Positions 48,274-61,521 are shown, numbered from the whole stretch's first letter. The stretch: 63,481 nt of DNA, filler included, from Diploschistes diacapsis (GCA_023645945.1; 25 parts of 25 records of this genome joined end to end with filler, not necessarily neighbours in it), one strand, 5' to 3'. Numbers and translations: made by a program. Notes: generated from the letters alone by a model not told the origin.

Positions 48274-49364
48274 TATGAAAGAAATATATATAAATAAGTT
48301 TTTATATATTAATTTAAAAAGAAAAAGTCGTTACGTCGGTATCTTTTAATTCTTAGTTAATTTAAGAAGGCGATAGAACGTTAAGATATTAAAGATCCTA
48401 AAAACTATCTATAAATATCATGTTATTGTTCGGGTTTCTAGCCGTTTCTACTTTTTTATTCAATTAATTAGTAAGGTATTTCGTTTATTTGATAGATTTC
48501 CTTTCGGTTAGTTTGAGAGTTTTTCGGAACTTCTCTATCCGGGCCTTATGTTTTATCAGTTAAGAAAAGAGTTTTCGTCTTTTTTTTTCTTTCGACTTTA
48601 ACCTAGATTCTGTTTGAGCGCGTATTCTGTCCATAATTTTCCAGGATGTCGAAACATAGTTCTTTCGATTAAGACGAGCGTATCTTTCGTAGCGAGAAGA
48701 AATGAACGGCATGATAATACAGCGGTGTGAGATTGAATAATGGAAATAAAAAAAATCAGCAATTTTATTTGATTGAAGGATACGGTTGGTAAGTCTATAA
48801 TTACGAATAATTAAAAAAAACATCGTTATTTTATAATATAGGATTTTTTTTTATTTAATATTTATATTTATTTTTCGGAACTTATCGGGCCGATAAAACT
48901 GAAGGAGAGGGATAATATTACGATTTAAATAACTAAAACGTAGTTATTTAGTAACGTTATAGTGTTAAAAGACATTATTTAACCTGTCGTTATATATAGC
49001 TAATCATATGACTAATAAATGGCTGCCGATAGATATTTATTAAAAATAGATTTATCGATAATAGACTTTTGTTAATAATAGCGTTGTCGCGATAGCTTTA
49101 TTGTCGGCGACTGGCTGTCACCTTAGGCTATATAAGAACATCGTTATAACCTCTATAAGGACGGGCGTGTTTAGACCTTATGTTATCCTAATAGATAAAT
49201 TAATGTAATATTGATATCCTTTATCACCTAGTATACTTCTAGAGATTAATATAGACTCGTATTTGATCTTCTTCTTCTTCCTGCCTACATTCCTCTCCTA
49301 TACGAGATCAAACCTATTTTGATCGATACCTCGTGTCTACGTTGTAGAGATAGAGATCATAACA
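48274..49364 (+). mobile_element. LTR family A (subtype 3) 3' end: internal region, PPT (~48901-48915), LTR 48916-49364
   Basis: GAAGGAGAGGGATAA|TATTACGAT...GATCATAACA. Confidence 0.8.
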
Positions 49365-49978
49365 CACAACCTAACAAAACGATACCGACGATTTAACTAA
49401 TAAAAATACCGAAACCACGTCTTCACTAATTATAATATTAATTACGCAGGTTTTAAAAAATAACGATATTCCGAATCTAAATATAACGGAATACAAGAAA
49501 TCGGCTTAAACATACGATCCAATTCTTAACGCTAGACCAAATATTCGAGAACCTTTAGGAACTAACTTAAGCGAAAAAGCAACGTACGCGTTTCGTATTT
49601 TAAAAAAAGTTATAAACAGACACGAATACCTTCGAAGAAAAGTTCTTATCGTTAATAATCGGAAACATTTAAATCACATACTTTTCGACAAATATAAAAA
49701 CTTCGGATGCGACTACGTCAGATACGAAATACTAACATACGTCCTTTACAGAAAGATAATCACCAACGCAACATTCTAACGATATTATAAAGAAATATTA
49801 CGAGATAATAAACACGAGAACCATTATCTCCTATACGACTGCAAGACAAAGGAATGTCCAGTCGGTATACATAACGAANNNNNNNNNNNNNNNNNNNNNN
49901 NNNNNNNNNNNNNNNNNNNNNNTTAATTAATTAANNNNNNNNNNNNNNNNNNNNNNNNNNNNNNNNNNNNNNNNNNNN

Positions 49979-50360
49979 TGTTTAAATTGACGTATATTAA
50001 GTTTATAACGCTTCGTAAAGAAACCCGAGAGCAAAAAACGCTTCTTAATAATCGTAAAAAACGTAAATTAGGCAAACGAATCGAATTAAAAGGTCGTTTT
50101 ATGTGTAATATAAACGAAGTTTTTGAAATAGTAATTTGGATTAAATCGAATCGAATAATTTCGAAACGATTTATAACGCGTAAAAAACGTTATCGCGTTT
50201 CTAATATCGAGAAAGATGAAGAAAAAGAAAATAGATTCGATTTAAATCGATTAGATTCTAATTGTAACGAATAGGTTATATTTAAAAACCGTAGAATGTT
50301 AACGGTAGTGATTTGAGGTGGCCGGAATCTGGGGGTGGCCGGAATCCCCGTGAAACACGT
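49979..50360 (+). mobile_element. Fot1/pogo transposase C-terminus and right TIR
   Basis: RKKRKLGKRIELKGRF in ORF 49987-50274; ends CACGT|TA. Confidence 0.7.
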
Positions 50361-50659
50361 TAAATCAACATTTTCTAACCGCTAGGTAAACGAGATAAAC
50401 AATACGCCTAAATTTTTTTCATTTTACTATCACGTACCGACTCGATAAATAAATCCTGTCGATATTGCGTCACGCAAAATAAATTATTATAAGAGAAATT
50501 ATTAAATTAATAAATTATTATTTATTTCAAAATAGAAATATAATAAATTAAATAAATTATTCGTTATATTATACCGAAACGTGTTTATTAGGATATCGCA
50601 GGCCTTTTAAAAAGACGTCGCGATGTTCCGAGAATTTAAAAAATTCCGTTCTAAATAAA

Positions 50660-51230
50660 AAAAACCGGAAGGCGAGAACAACGATAATACACCGTAAATT
50701 TATCGTAATTTTAATGAAAACGCCGTTTATTTAAAAAAGCTTAAAAAATGTTATTAATTCTTAACGTGCCTGGGTTAGAAAACCCGGAAAGCGAGGACGA
50801 CGGTAAGACGCCGCAGGTCTATCGTAGATTAATAAAAGCGTTTCCTACTTAAAGAAGCTTAAATAAGATATGATTAATTCTTAATAAACCTAAGCTAGAA
50901 AGTCCGGAAGGCGAAGACGACGATAATATACCGCAGATTTATCGTAGGTTATTAATAGAAGCGCTATGTACTTAAGAAGGCTTAAATAAAATATTATCAG
51001 CCCTTAACGTGACTGGGCCAGAAAACCCGGAAGGCGAGGACGACGGTAAGACGCCGTAGGTTTATCGTAGGTTAGTAAAAATACTATTTACTTGGAAGGA
51101 TCCGGATAGAGTATTATTAGTCCCGAGTGATATGCCTAGGTCAAAAAACCCGAAAGGTGAGGAAAACGATCGAATATCGTAAGTTTATCGTAAGTTAATT
51201 AAAGCGCTATCGATTTAAAAAGGGTTAATA
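50660..51230 (+). repeat. Five-copy ~116-123-bp tandem repeat inside a Gypsy pol remnant (50363-51583)
   Basis: Unit AAAACCCGGAAGGCGAGGACGACGGT... near 50661, 50779, 50898, 51022, 51145; paralogue on the minus strand at ~62200-63100. Confidence 0.8.
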
Positions 51231-51683
51231 ATGAAATATTTATTTATTCCGCGAGTATTCGTGAAAGATATCACGAGGCGAGAATTTACCGATGTTTTAC
51301 CGACGGGGAAGCTATTCGACTTAATACGTACCTTATATATAACGAACGATTTTATTAAGAAAAAAATACTTTTTTTATCGTAATCCATCCGTATTAATAT
51401 CGTAACTAAAACGGTATAATATTATGATAATATAAAATTATTATATCATAAAAACCGCATATACGTTCTAAAAAACGACGGTATTAAATCGGAACTCTTA
51501 TAATTAATTCACGATTATAAATTATCGAATTATTATAACGAAAAACGTATTTACGAACTTATAACCCGAAATTTCTATTAAAGNNNNNNNNNNNNNNNNN
51601 NNNNNNNNNNNNNNNNNNNNNNNNNNNTTAATTAATTAANNNNNNNNNNNNNNNNNNNNNNNNNNNNNNNNNNNNNNNNNNNN

Positions 51684-52394
51684 CTATATAAACTTATTAA
51701 AGTTCACGACGATAAAGAAATTTAATCCTAAATAGTTTCGCTGGTTAAAGATTCTCGGACGATATCGTTTCACGATCAAAAAGATCATAAATAAAGTAAA
51801 CGAACGAGCTAACGCGCTGAATAGACGGCCAGATTATATAATAAAAAAACCGCGTCAAGCTAAGCTATTAAAGATTAATGATAATAAATCACTTATAACA
51901 AATTTTCGAGAATTCATAACAGTTATAAATATCTTAAAAGATTAACACGAACAGTATCCAGTAACACGAAAGAAGCTACAGATTCTTACTAAAAGAATAT
52001 AAAACTATATACGATAACACCATAATCCACCGAAATATGGACATAAGGATATCACGAATATCATCAAAACCATTTAACGAAACTATCATTTCGAAAAAAT
52101 AAAAAAACAAATCACGGACTTTATCAAACAATATAAGAATTACCAGAAGAATAAATACTCTACGCACAAACGATACGGGATTCCATAAACCATTAAAAAA
52201 CCAAATTAATCATAAAAGATAATCACGATAAACTTTATAATTAAACTATCAACATCCAAGGATCCAATAATAGATATTTCATATAACAGCATTTAGGTCA
52301 TAATAAATAAATTTAATAACAAACTTTACTACATATCTTTCAAAAAAGACTACACCGTAAAACAATTATATCATATATAAATGGATCGGGTTAT
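51684..52394 (+). pseudogene. Gypsy RNase H/integrase remnant
   Basis: NERANALNRRPDY motif and degenerate integrase N-terminal motifs. Confidence 0.6.
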
Positions 52395-52849
52395 TGTTAC
52401 GATCCAAGTACCAGACTTGGCACGTCCTAGTTTTGTATATAGATCAGTCACGGGACCAAGGGTCACGTGATGCGCTTACTGCTCACGTTCATTCTCGTGA
52501 GCGGCGAGTAGGTTGTCGCCACCGCTCGACGGTCGCGTTTATTTTTATAAACGATAAGCCTCGGGAGTACCGCTCGTTGAATTTACGATAAGCGGCGAGC
52601 GAGCTGATTATATATAAGCACGACTCTATTTTCGTAAAAAAGAACGTGTTTACTTTTATAAACATCTTAAGTTATTATTCGGAATTAATTTATATTCGTT
52701 ATTTCTATTATTTTAGAGCTTTCTTTCTCGAGATAGTTTAAAACTTATAATTATTTTATTTTCTTTTTTTGCCATATTTCTTTTCTAATAAAAACTAAAT
52801 TTATCTTAATTCTATTCGTGTATATTTTATATAAATAAAGATTATAACA
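52395..52849 (+). mobile_element. LTR family A (subtype 2), 5' LTR; leader continues to 53287
   Basis: TGTTACGATC...GATTATAACA. Confidence 0.85.
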
Positions 52850-53387
52850 CTTGAACACCCTTAAGAATAAATATTATTAATAGTACGACCGGGCGATCGT
52901 TATCGATAATTAAATCCGCATTATTTCGCGCATTTAAAACAATAACGTTATTAAATAAAATCGATGTCTCAATAAAGGATATTGCGGAAGCTAAAGGCGA
53001 CGATCCCGGAAGTAACGATAAATTTAACGAAAATAAATCGTATAAAGAATTTATTATAAAAGTTATAAAATTAATAACGTTCCACGAAGATCGAAAGAAA
53101 TTAAAATATTAGATATTTTAATTTTCAATATATTTTTATTAGAACCCGTATATTATAAACGATTAAAGAAAACGAATAATTTTCGTCGTAAGATTCATAC
53201 GTGACCGCGTATTAACATAAATAAAATTTTATTTCAACGTATATTTAAGAAGTTAAAAAGACAGCTACGAAATATTTAAAAATTTCGNNNNNNNNNNNNN
53301 NNNNNNNNNNNNNNNNNNNNNNNNNNNNNNNTTAATTAATTAANNNNNNNNNNNNNNNNNNNNNNNNNNNNNNNNNNNNNNNNNNNN

Positions 53388-53756
53388 ATTCGCGTTTATT
53401 TTTATAAGCGACGAATAAGCTTTCGTTACCGTTCGATAATCTCGCTTATTCTTATAAACGGCGAGTCTCGAAGATATCGCTCGCTGAATTTATAATAAAC
53501 GACGAACGAGTTAATTATATATAAGCACGGCTTTATCTTCGTGGAAAAAAACGTGTTTATTTTTATAAATATCCTTAATTATTATTCGGGATCAATTTAT
53601 ATTCGTTATTTCTATTATTAAAAATCTTTTTTTTTAAAGATAATTTAAAACCTATAATTGTTCTATCTTTTTTTCTTACCACACTCCTCTTCTAACAGAG
53701 ACCAAACCCACCTTGATCCTACTCGTGTATACCTTGTATAGATAGAGATCATAACA
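53388..53756 (+). mobile_element. LTR family A, 3' part
   Basis: Ends GAGATCATAACA. Confidence 0.8.
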
Positions 53757-54137
53757 AACGTAAAGGAATTATTAACGATTTAAAACCATTCTTAATATTC
53801 TTAAATAAATTTTTTTTAATAATCTAGAAGTTTTTTAAGCTTAAGATAACGATCTTTAACATTTTAATGATTTTCGTTCGCTTAATTCTTACGAGTTGGC
53901 GGCGTCGCGTTAACGTCGGGATAAATATTAATATCGGAAAGTTCCTCGTTAATTTTTAACGTCGTTTTTAATGCGTTTTAGACGTTTTTTAGATTATAAT
54001 ATCTTCGTCTTTGCTTTTAATACTGTTATCCGTTTTTATAGTCGGATATCTTTTAACCGAATTTATTTTAATTCTATAAAATTAAAAGTTTTATCTTTCG
54101 GTATTATCTCGTTTATAAATCGGTTATTAAAAGCTTA

Positions 54138-54504
54138 TGAAACGCCAGCGCAGGAAAGGATGCTACTCTACCAAGGGCTGGGCCTGATCCGGAAGGATTA
54201 GGTGTAGCTTGGGCATCTGCAGGTAAAAGGTCTCGATTCGAAAAGCTGAAGAAGAAACTATCTAGGTGGGAGGAGGGCACCGTTAAATAATGTGGATGCC
54301 AGCCTACCGGGGTTCGGAGATTACCTATTTATATAACCATTTCTTAACCCTGCCGTGTCTTAATAAGCACCTGGGTATTGACCCTGCCGTGGCTTGGTAA
54401 GCATTTGAACATTAATCCTGCCGTGGCTTAGTAAGTATCTGGATATTAACCCTACCGTGATTTAGCAGGCCTAGCTTAGCAGATTTTTAGGCTGGGCTGT
54501 TTTA
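54138..54504 (-). mobile_element. Family B 3' LTR with PPT; internal region continues to 54991
   Basis: TGAAACGCCAGCG end; four ~31-bp ACCCTGCCGTG repeats; internal region paralogous to 43154-43965. Confidence 0.85.
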
Positions 54505-56273
54505 TTACCCCCTTTTCTAGATGTTTGTGTCTCTTATAAGCGCGATGCTCTTTTTTTAGTTAATTTTTATCTCGATCTTCACCTCTTTTTCTGATTTGTT
54601 TAAAAGGATACCCGTTGTTCTTTCGTAATAGATGTTTCTGCCTTTTTAAACCTTTTTTAATATTATTTTTAATTAAATACGTTCTTAGATTTTATAAAAA
54701 AATATGATCGTCGTAATAATCGATATCGTTTTATTTTAAAGATTCGTTCCCGTTTATAGTTTTTATTAACGTAAATTATTTATCCCCGGGTAGTATTAAT
54801 CACGAAGATTTTATATTTTCGAAATTTAATTAATAAAATTTTTATAAGATCTCGAAAATATTTTCGAAATTAACGATAAGATATTAATTATCGTCGATAA
54901 ATTATTTTATTTAATGTATCTTATATTAAACGTTTATTCCTCGCTCAGGACTTCTTTTAACGTTAAAAATCTTTTCGATTTCTTATTCTTTNNNNNNNNN
55001 NNNNNNNNNNNNNNNNNNNNNNNNNNNNNNNNNNNTTAATTAATTAANNNNNNNNNNNNNNNNNNNNNNNNNNNNNNNNNNNNNNNNNNNNCGATTAAAT
55101 AATCGATAAATAAATAAAAATACCCGATTAATCGTTAAAAATAATTACCGAAAGTTATAATAAAATAATAACGAATTTAACGAATTTTTAATCTAATTCA
55201 CGGTACTTATTATCGAAATAAAGATCCCCGAAAAAGATTAAATATTAAATATTAGAGAAAAGTTGGTCGATCGTTTCTAAATTATCTTTCTAAATAGAAA
55301 CCCCGAGACGATACGAGAGATAAAAAATGAATTATATATGCTCGACCGTTATTTAAAAGTAAAAAACCGTATTAAGACGATTACTTTCGCGGCCAATACC
55401 CGAAACAATAATTCGTATATTATTCGTCTTCGGAGGATCTTTATCTCGATTATAAGTACCGTGGATTAAATAAGAAATTCGTTAAATTCGTTATTATTTT
55501 ATTATAACTTTCGATAATTTTCTTTAACGATTAATCGAGTATTCTTATTTATCTATCGATTATTTAATCGTTTAAATAATATTTCGGCGGAAGTTATTCG
55601 ATTAATCGAATTTTCGTCCGTGAAGGTTTTTACGTAATTAAACGTTGTTTCCTTAAAACGAGAAATCATGTACGTTATTTAGTCGTCGGTCCCGTTGAAT
55701 CGATTATCGTTTATTTTTAACTTATTCTTGATTAGACGACGTTATTGTTTATAACTGAAATTTTCTTTAAAATCTATTATAAATTAAGATAAGTCTGGTA
55801 GCTTATACGAGAAGAAGCGTTTCCCGTTATTAATCTTAATAGCTGGATTCGTAGATTCCCGTCGGTTCCGTAATTTTTCGATCGTTGTTTGTAAATCGAT
55901 GTTTTCGTCGATTAAACGGGCCCGGGTCCTTTATTTTTTATTTAATAATTATTCCAGTTCGTTTTTTTTAGTTAAATCTTTCTCGAATTATTATTAGAAT
56001 CGTTAAATCTTTCGTTCGTTTTATTGGTTCGTTTCCTTTACGATTACCACGTAAATACGAACTGATTCTATTAATTCAATTAATTTATTTTTAATTCGTT
56101 GATAGATTTCTTTTACTCGTTTTTACGATTATAAGCTCATCACGTTCTCAATAATTATATCTTAGTTAACCGATTCTTTCGTTGGATTTTTAAACGAAAA
56201 TCTTCTTCGTTTAATATTATCGCGGAGATCTAACTAGGCTCGTCCCGATATTGATTCTTCGTTAACATTAAAT

Positions 56274-56691
56274 TGTTATGATCTCTATCTCTACAAGGTA
56301 GACACGAGGTATTGATCAAGGTGGGTTTGGTCTCGTTTAGAAGAGGAGTGTAAACAGGAGAAGAAGATAGAGCAATTACAGGTCTTGGATTATCTCTAAA
56401 AAAAAGGTTCTAGTGATAGAGGTAACGAATATAAATTGATCCCGAGTAATAATTAGGGATATCTATAAAAATAAACATACTAGAATTTAAAAGAATTATA
56501 ATAAAGGTTTTTATATAATTAATTACTTTTTAACGAAATAAATTAATAAATATATAGAATTACCGTTCTCCCGTTTTATCTATAAAAGATAAAATAGCCT
56601 TTAAGGCTTTTTACTTATCACGTGACCGGCGTTACTATGATTGGACTATATTCAAGGAGTGGTTGGGTTAGGCCCGATCAGCTGTGAAGTG
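56274..56691 (-). mobile_element. LTR family A variant inserted in a gag remnant
   Basis: TGTTATGATCTCTATCTCTAC end. Confidence 0.75.
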
Positions 56692-56791
56692 NNNNNNNNN
56701 NNNNNNNNNNNNNNNNNNNNNNNNNNNNNNNNNNNTTAATTAATTAANNNNNNNNNNNNNNNNNNNNNNNNNNNNNNNNNNNNNNNNNNNN

Positions 56792-57954
56792 CTCTAGATG
56801 ATTCTATATCATTTACTCTTACCGGTTTAGGTTCAGTTTTAAATAAAATATCTGAACAATGGAAGAAAGATTAATCTAAAGTAAACTATTAAATTATGAT
56901 CTATACAGGGAAAATCGATTAAGAACGTTTTCGTGGTTTACCTATTACGAAAGCTAAATAAGATTTTTTATAAACAAAATACCAGGCGATTATTGAACCT
57001 GAACGTCGTCAGCTGAACCTTAAGTTCGCCAATTATAAAGTTAAAGAAGGCACGACTATTTAGAGAGTATAAATACATTTAATAAAACTTTTAAAGAAGC
57101 TATCGTATAAACGAATCGAATACGCCCTAAAGATTCTTTTTTAATAATTATTTACGACATTGCCGCCTAATTATAAAATTATTGTCGACGTTATTAATAC
57201 GTAAATCGATAATGTTTCATCCGTCAATATCGATTTCGATAAATAACTCAACAGGCTCACCGATAAATAAAATAAATTAACAGAAGAAATTGCAGCATAT
57301 TTTTTACGTCATAATAAATCATAGCACCCTAAAGGCTCTCGCTCCCAGAAACGATCCGACGAAAGTCGACGCCGCCATTCTAACCCAATAAAAAAATGTT
57401 TATATTATAAAAACAATAATTATCGCGTAATATAGTATAAACTCGCTAAAGAATTTAAACAAATGATTATCGTAGCAAAAGATAAGAAGCGGGAAAAAAG
57501 AAAAGAATCCCGAAACATCCGCGACAAGAAAGATAAAAACAAGCGTGCCTATAATACAGAAGGTTTAGACGATAAAAATTTAGAAAATTCAAAATCTAAA
57601 CCTAAACCTGAACCTTAATTATATAATGATGAAATTAGTAATATAGTTAAAGACGTTATTATTAATAGTAAGATTATTTTTATTAAATAAATCGATAATA
57701 CCGGCGCTTTATTATATATAATTAATTAGTTACATCTGTTTTGAAACCTAATTCCAATTCGAAGATGATAAATCAAAGTCGAGAAAAGAATGCTTTATTT
57801 AGATTATATTAGGAAAATTAAGTTAAAATAAAGTAATGACGTTCTGTATTTAGGATATGTGATGTATGTGTTTGGATTAAAAGTAAATCTCATATCGGGA
57901 TAAAAGTTATATAAGATAGGATTACGGGGGAGTTTTGATCAAAAAAGTTTATAT
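56792..57954 (+). pseudogene. Copia gag-protease remnant
   Basis: TLPPNYKIIVD; degenerate zinc knuckle near 57397; NTGA (DTGA-like) near 57697. Confidence 0.65.
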
Positions 57955-58389
57955 TAGGCTGGCCGTCACTGACACTGACAGTGTCAGTGTCCGTGTTTTA
58001 GATTTTTTAGCTGCGGTGTCCGTGTCCGTAGATTCACGGAAGTGCAGTATCCGTATTAGTATCAATATTTTAAATTTTTTAATTATAGTGTTCGTGTCCG
58101 TGGATTTACGGAAATATAATGTCCGTGTTAGTATCCATGTTTAAAAATTTTTAATTGCGATATCCGTATCCGTGTCTTTATCGTAATATAGTGTCCGTGT
58201 CCGTCTCCGTATTTAAAAAAAATTTTAAAATAAAAACGTGAAAAATAAACGTGATAATTTTAAAAATATTAAAAAAAAAGTATTTTCGTGCTTTTACTGC
58301 AGTATAATGTCCGTGTTAGTAAATTTATAGAAATATAGTGTCCGTATTAATATCCGTGTTTTAAATTTTTTAATTGCGGTGTCCGTGTT
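57955..58389. mobile_element. hAT-like non-autonomous element, partial
   Basis: Starts TAGGCTGGCCGTCAC as at 62404; TGTCCGTG repeat array. Confidence 0.75.
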
Positions 58390-58489
58390 NNNNNNNNNNN
58401 NNNNNNNNNNNNNNNNNNNNNNNNNNNNNNNNNTTAATTAATTAANNNNNNNNNNNNNNNNNNNNNNNNNNNNNNNNNNNNNNNNNNNN

Positions 58490-60087
58490 CTATGAATGTC
58501 CGCTCGCTATGCATATACCTTATAGATATTATCTATTAACGACTTTTCGCTTAATTAGTGCTCGATAAACGTCGCGATTAAACCGTTTAATTTAAATTTT
58601 ATCGTCGTTTTATTTCGGATGTAATATTAAGTTAATATTATTTCGTTCTTGAAAACGTATCTTTATTTCGTTTCTTTAAATATAACACGGATGTTCATTT
58701 TAATAATTTATATGGATCTTTCGGTAATGTTATTTTGGCTCGACGTATATAATATTATCGATTCCATCTACATTTCTAAATTTCTCTTTTAATTTTCGAT
58801 TGTAGAAATTAATTTAAATATATTATCGAGACGTATCGCTTTTAACTGTTTACCGTTTTAAAATTCTATATTTACTTTCTAGAATTATAAAATACGAACA
58901 GCATCCTTTCGAATCTTATAGAGGATAACTTAAGTTTTTCGCGAATAGTTGTTCATAATTTTTATAAGATACTGATTGTTATTAAATACCTTTAAGAACG
59001 GTTCATAAATATCGATGTTTATTAAATGTAACGGCGGGGGTAGTGCCTAATAGGGTAGCGCTATCCCACTGAGCCAAAAGACTAACACAATGCTTTCAAG
59101 AACCCCGAAGCACTGTTTCCCTATTACACTATATATAGATGCGTGGCTGTGGTAGCAGGGGGACCTGAACCCCAGGGCGCACCTTTGGGCGTTACAGCTA
59201 TCTTCCTTTTTTATAATACTAATCTTCTAGTATCTGCCACGTCTCACATAACGTTTCGAGTATATTGAATATTTTAAGCCGTTTTTAATATTTACTTTAT
59301 AGATTTAGAGGCTGGGTTATTTAACCGCATTTAAAACTGATCGTATGTTTTATATAACGTTAATCCCGTAGGGTAGCACGCTTAACCGTAGCGTAATAAA
59401 TTTAACGTATTGTTTACGCTTATGCTTGAATTAACGATCTAAGGAATAAAAGCATAACTATAATAACGGAGGTAGTGTCTAATAGGGTAACGCTATTTCA
59501 CTGAGTTAAAAGATTAATATAATGCTTTCAGGAACCCCGAAGCACTGTTTCCTTATTACACTATATGTAGGTGCGTGGCTGTGGCAGCAGGGGGACCTGA
59601 ACCCCAGGGCGCACCTTTGGGCGTTATATTAAATTTAAAATATTTTATTTATATTTAATTAACGTACGGTCAATCTGTTGTTTAGTTTTAGTTAATTAAC
59701 ATATCTTATACGTATAAGATGCGATACGGATAAGATTAGCGAGAGTTATAATTTCGTATAGGTTTTAAAGCTTCTTGGGTCTTATATAGGTTATACGTGC
59801 ATATCATAGTTGATAACTGTTTTTGTTAAACTGAACTTTTGGGTTCAGTTTAGGTTTAGGTTCAGTTATTGGGTACGTAATTGTTTTATACGTATATTCT
59901 TGTTTTATAACTTTGCTCGAGTAATAGATTTTATTCTTTTTTTTATATATAAGAATGATCCGACCGTCCTCGTCCTGTAGATACAAGCTTTTTTAATTAA
60001 AATTCTTTCGTAATTCTGTTTTGTATACCTTTTATCCCGATATGAGGTTTACTTTTAATCCAGACACGTATATTATATATCTTAAAT
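58490..60087 (-). pseudogene. Copia GAG-pre-integrase/integrase remnant hosting a TRIM-like element
   Basis: QL*YARITYIRP (LWHxRxxH-like), LHLINID, RLDN, QNNITER on the minus strand. Confidence 0.7.
59027..59628 (-). mobile_element. TRIM-like miniature LTR element (LTRs 59027-59196 and 59459-59628; TSD TTAAA)
   Basis: Two 170-bp direct repeats with TGTAAC...GTTACA ends; 262-bp non-coding core; 5-bp TSD; minus-strand purine tract at 59197-59212. Confidence 0.88.
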
Positions 60088-60758
60088 NNNNNNNNNNNNN
60101 NNNNNNNNNNNNNNNNNNNNNNNNNNNNNNNTTAATTAATTAANNNNNNNNNNNNNNNNNNNNNNNNNNNNNNNNNNNNNNNNNNNNGCTAGATAAGAGA
60201 GGCAGATGTAGGTTAGGAAAAAAAGATTAATAATGTTTTAAACTATTAGAATTTATAAGAATAAAAAGATGATCTTAAAAGAAAGGTTAGTCATCTTAAG
60301 GAAACTTTCTAGCGCTAGCGTCGTCGACGTTAACGATTAGGTATAATTAAATGAATTTATAGGGTCAAATATAGCTACTATTCGATCTATAAGGCTTTCA
60401 ATTAATTACTTTTGGAGATATTTTATTTTGAATATTTATTATTGTAGTTTTGTTATTGTATCACGTGTTCGGTTCCTAGGGTCTGTTCGGGTACTAGGGT
60501 CACGATTCTATAGGACTTTCGATAGTATCTAGAACCTTCGGGTCTAACTAATTGCTTGGTTAGAAACAAATCCATTTAGATTAATAATCTGACAGAACTA
60601 ATATTCATAAATACAGGCCTTTTGAATTCAACATTGTGCAGATATGCAATTGAAATTGGCATAAGGCTTATAAACGAATCTAATACGAAAAATGAGTGTA
60701 GATGGTAATGAATCAAAATAAAAAGTAAGTTGTGTATAATAAATATTAAGCGCCATGT

Positions 60759-61151
60759 TCATTGCGATACCGCCCCGCGACATTCAATGCGGCAGCGAGG
60801 GCAGGAATATTTGATAGAGCCGGAATTAGTGGCGGAACTGCGTCTGTGTTGATGGCAGAGATTGCGGCAATTCGGACAAATGGGCATCAAACGGCGCTGT
60901 AATGGGGAAATATTGTTAATAGTTTCATCGCCGTTCCGCGGTGCGATATCATAAAAAAAATCCTCGTTTCGAGCTGATAAATGATTGTGTCCGATATGAT
61001 TTAAGAAAGGAGGATTAGCTTCGACTTCAGGGTAAGCGTTACGGACGTAAAGATGGCGGGGTATATATTGTGTATATGTAGTAATAGGATAAAAGAGAAT
61101 TAATAAGATCAACCTAAATATGGTCGATAGAAGATTGAATGAATAAAACAT
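60759..61151 (-). CDS. Small secreted Cys-rich prepropeptide (130 aa), effector-like
   Basis: Intact ATG-TGA ORF; hydrophobic N-terminus; repeated xxxRN pro-region; RR site; 6-Cys C-terminal peptide. Confidence 0.7.
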   Translation of the reverse strand: MFYSFNLLSTIFRLILLILFYPITTYTQYIPRHLYVRNAYPEVEANPPFLNHIGHNHLSARNEDFFYDIAPRNGDETINNISPLQRRLMPICPNCRNLCHQHRRSSATNSGSIKYSCPRCRIECRGAVSQ

Positions 61152-61521
61152 TCTTAATAAAAGTAGATTGACTGATTTTGGTTATGTTAAAAAGTGGAAG
61201 AGGGGTAGCCAAATAGGTAATAATGGTTAGGGGAATATCTGTTGAGTATAATAATAATGTATTATTATTGTGGGAGGTAGTGAAATAAAGATAAAGATAA
61301 CGCTAGTAAAGGTAAGAGGTGAGAGGTCTTTTATAGACATATTTTACCTAACTAACGTCTAATGATTAATATACATTTAATCTCCCATAATGTTGGATTC
61401 ATAATCCAACATTATACGCCTCATAATCCAACATAATAGTGAATCTAATTTATCCAACAAAGTGGATTTAATTAGCCTAAATATTGGATCCATGGTTTTA
61501 ATATTATTAGATTATTAATCT

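Noticed and set aside
50660..51230. CRISPR-like repeat-spacer pattern
   Set aside because: Whole units are homologous with no unique spacers; eukaryotic retroelement context; no cas genes
52850..52865. Self-priming PBS for LTR family A (CTTGAACACCC)
   Set aside because: Only a short partial complement is visible in the LTR; too degraded to support
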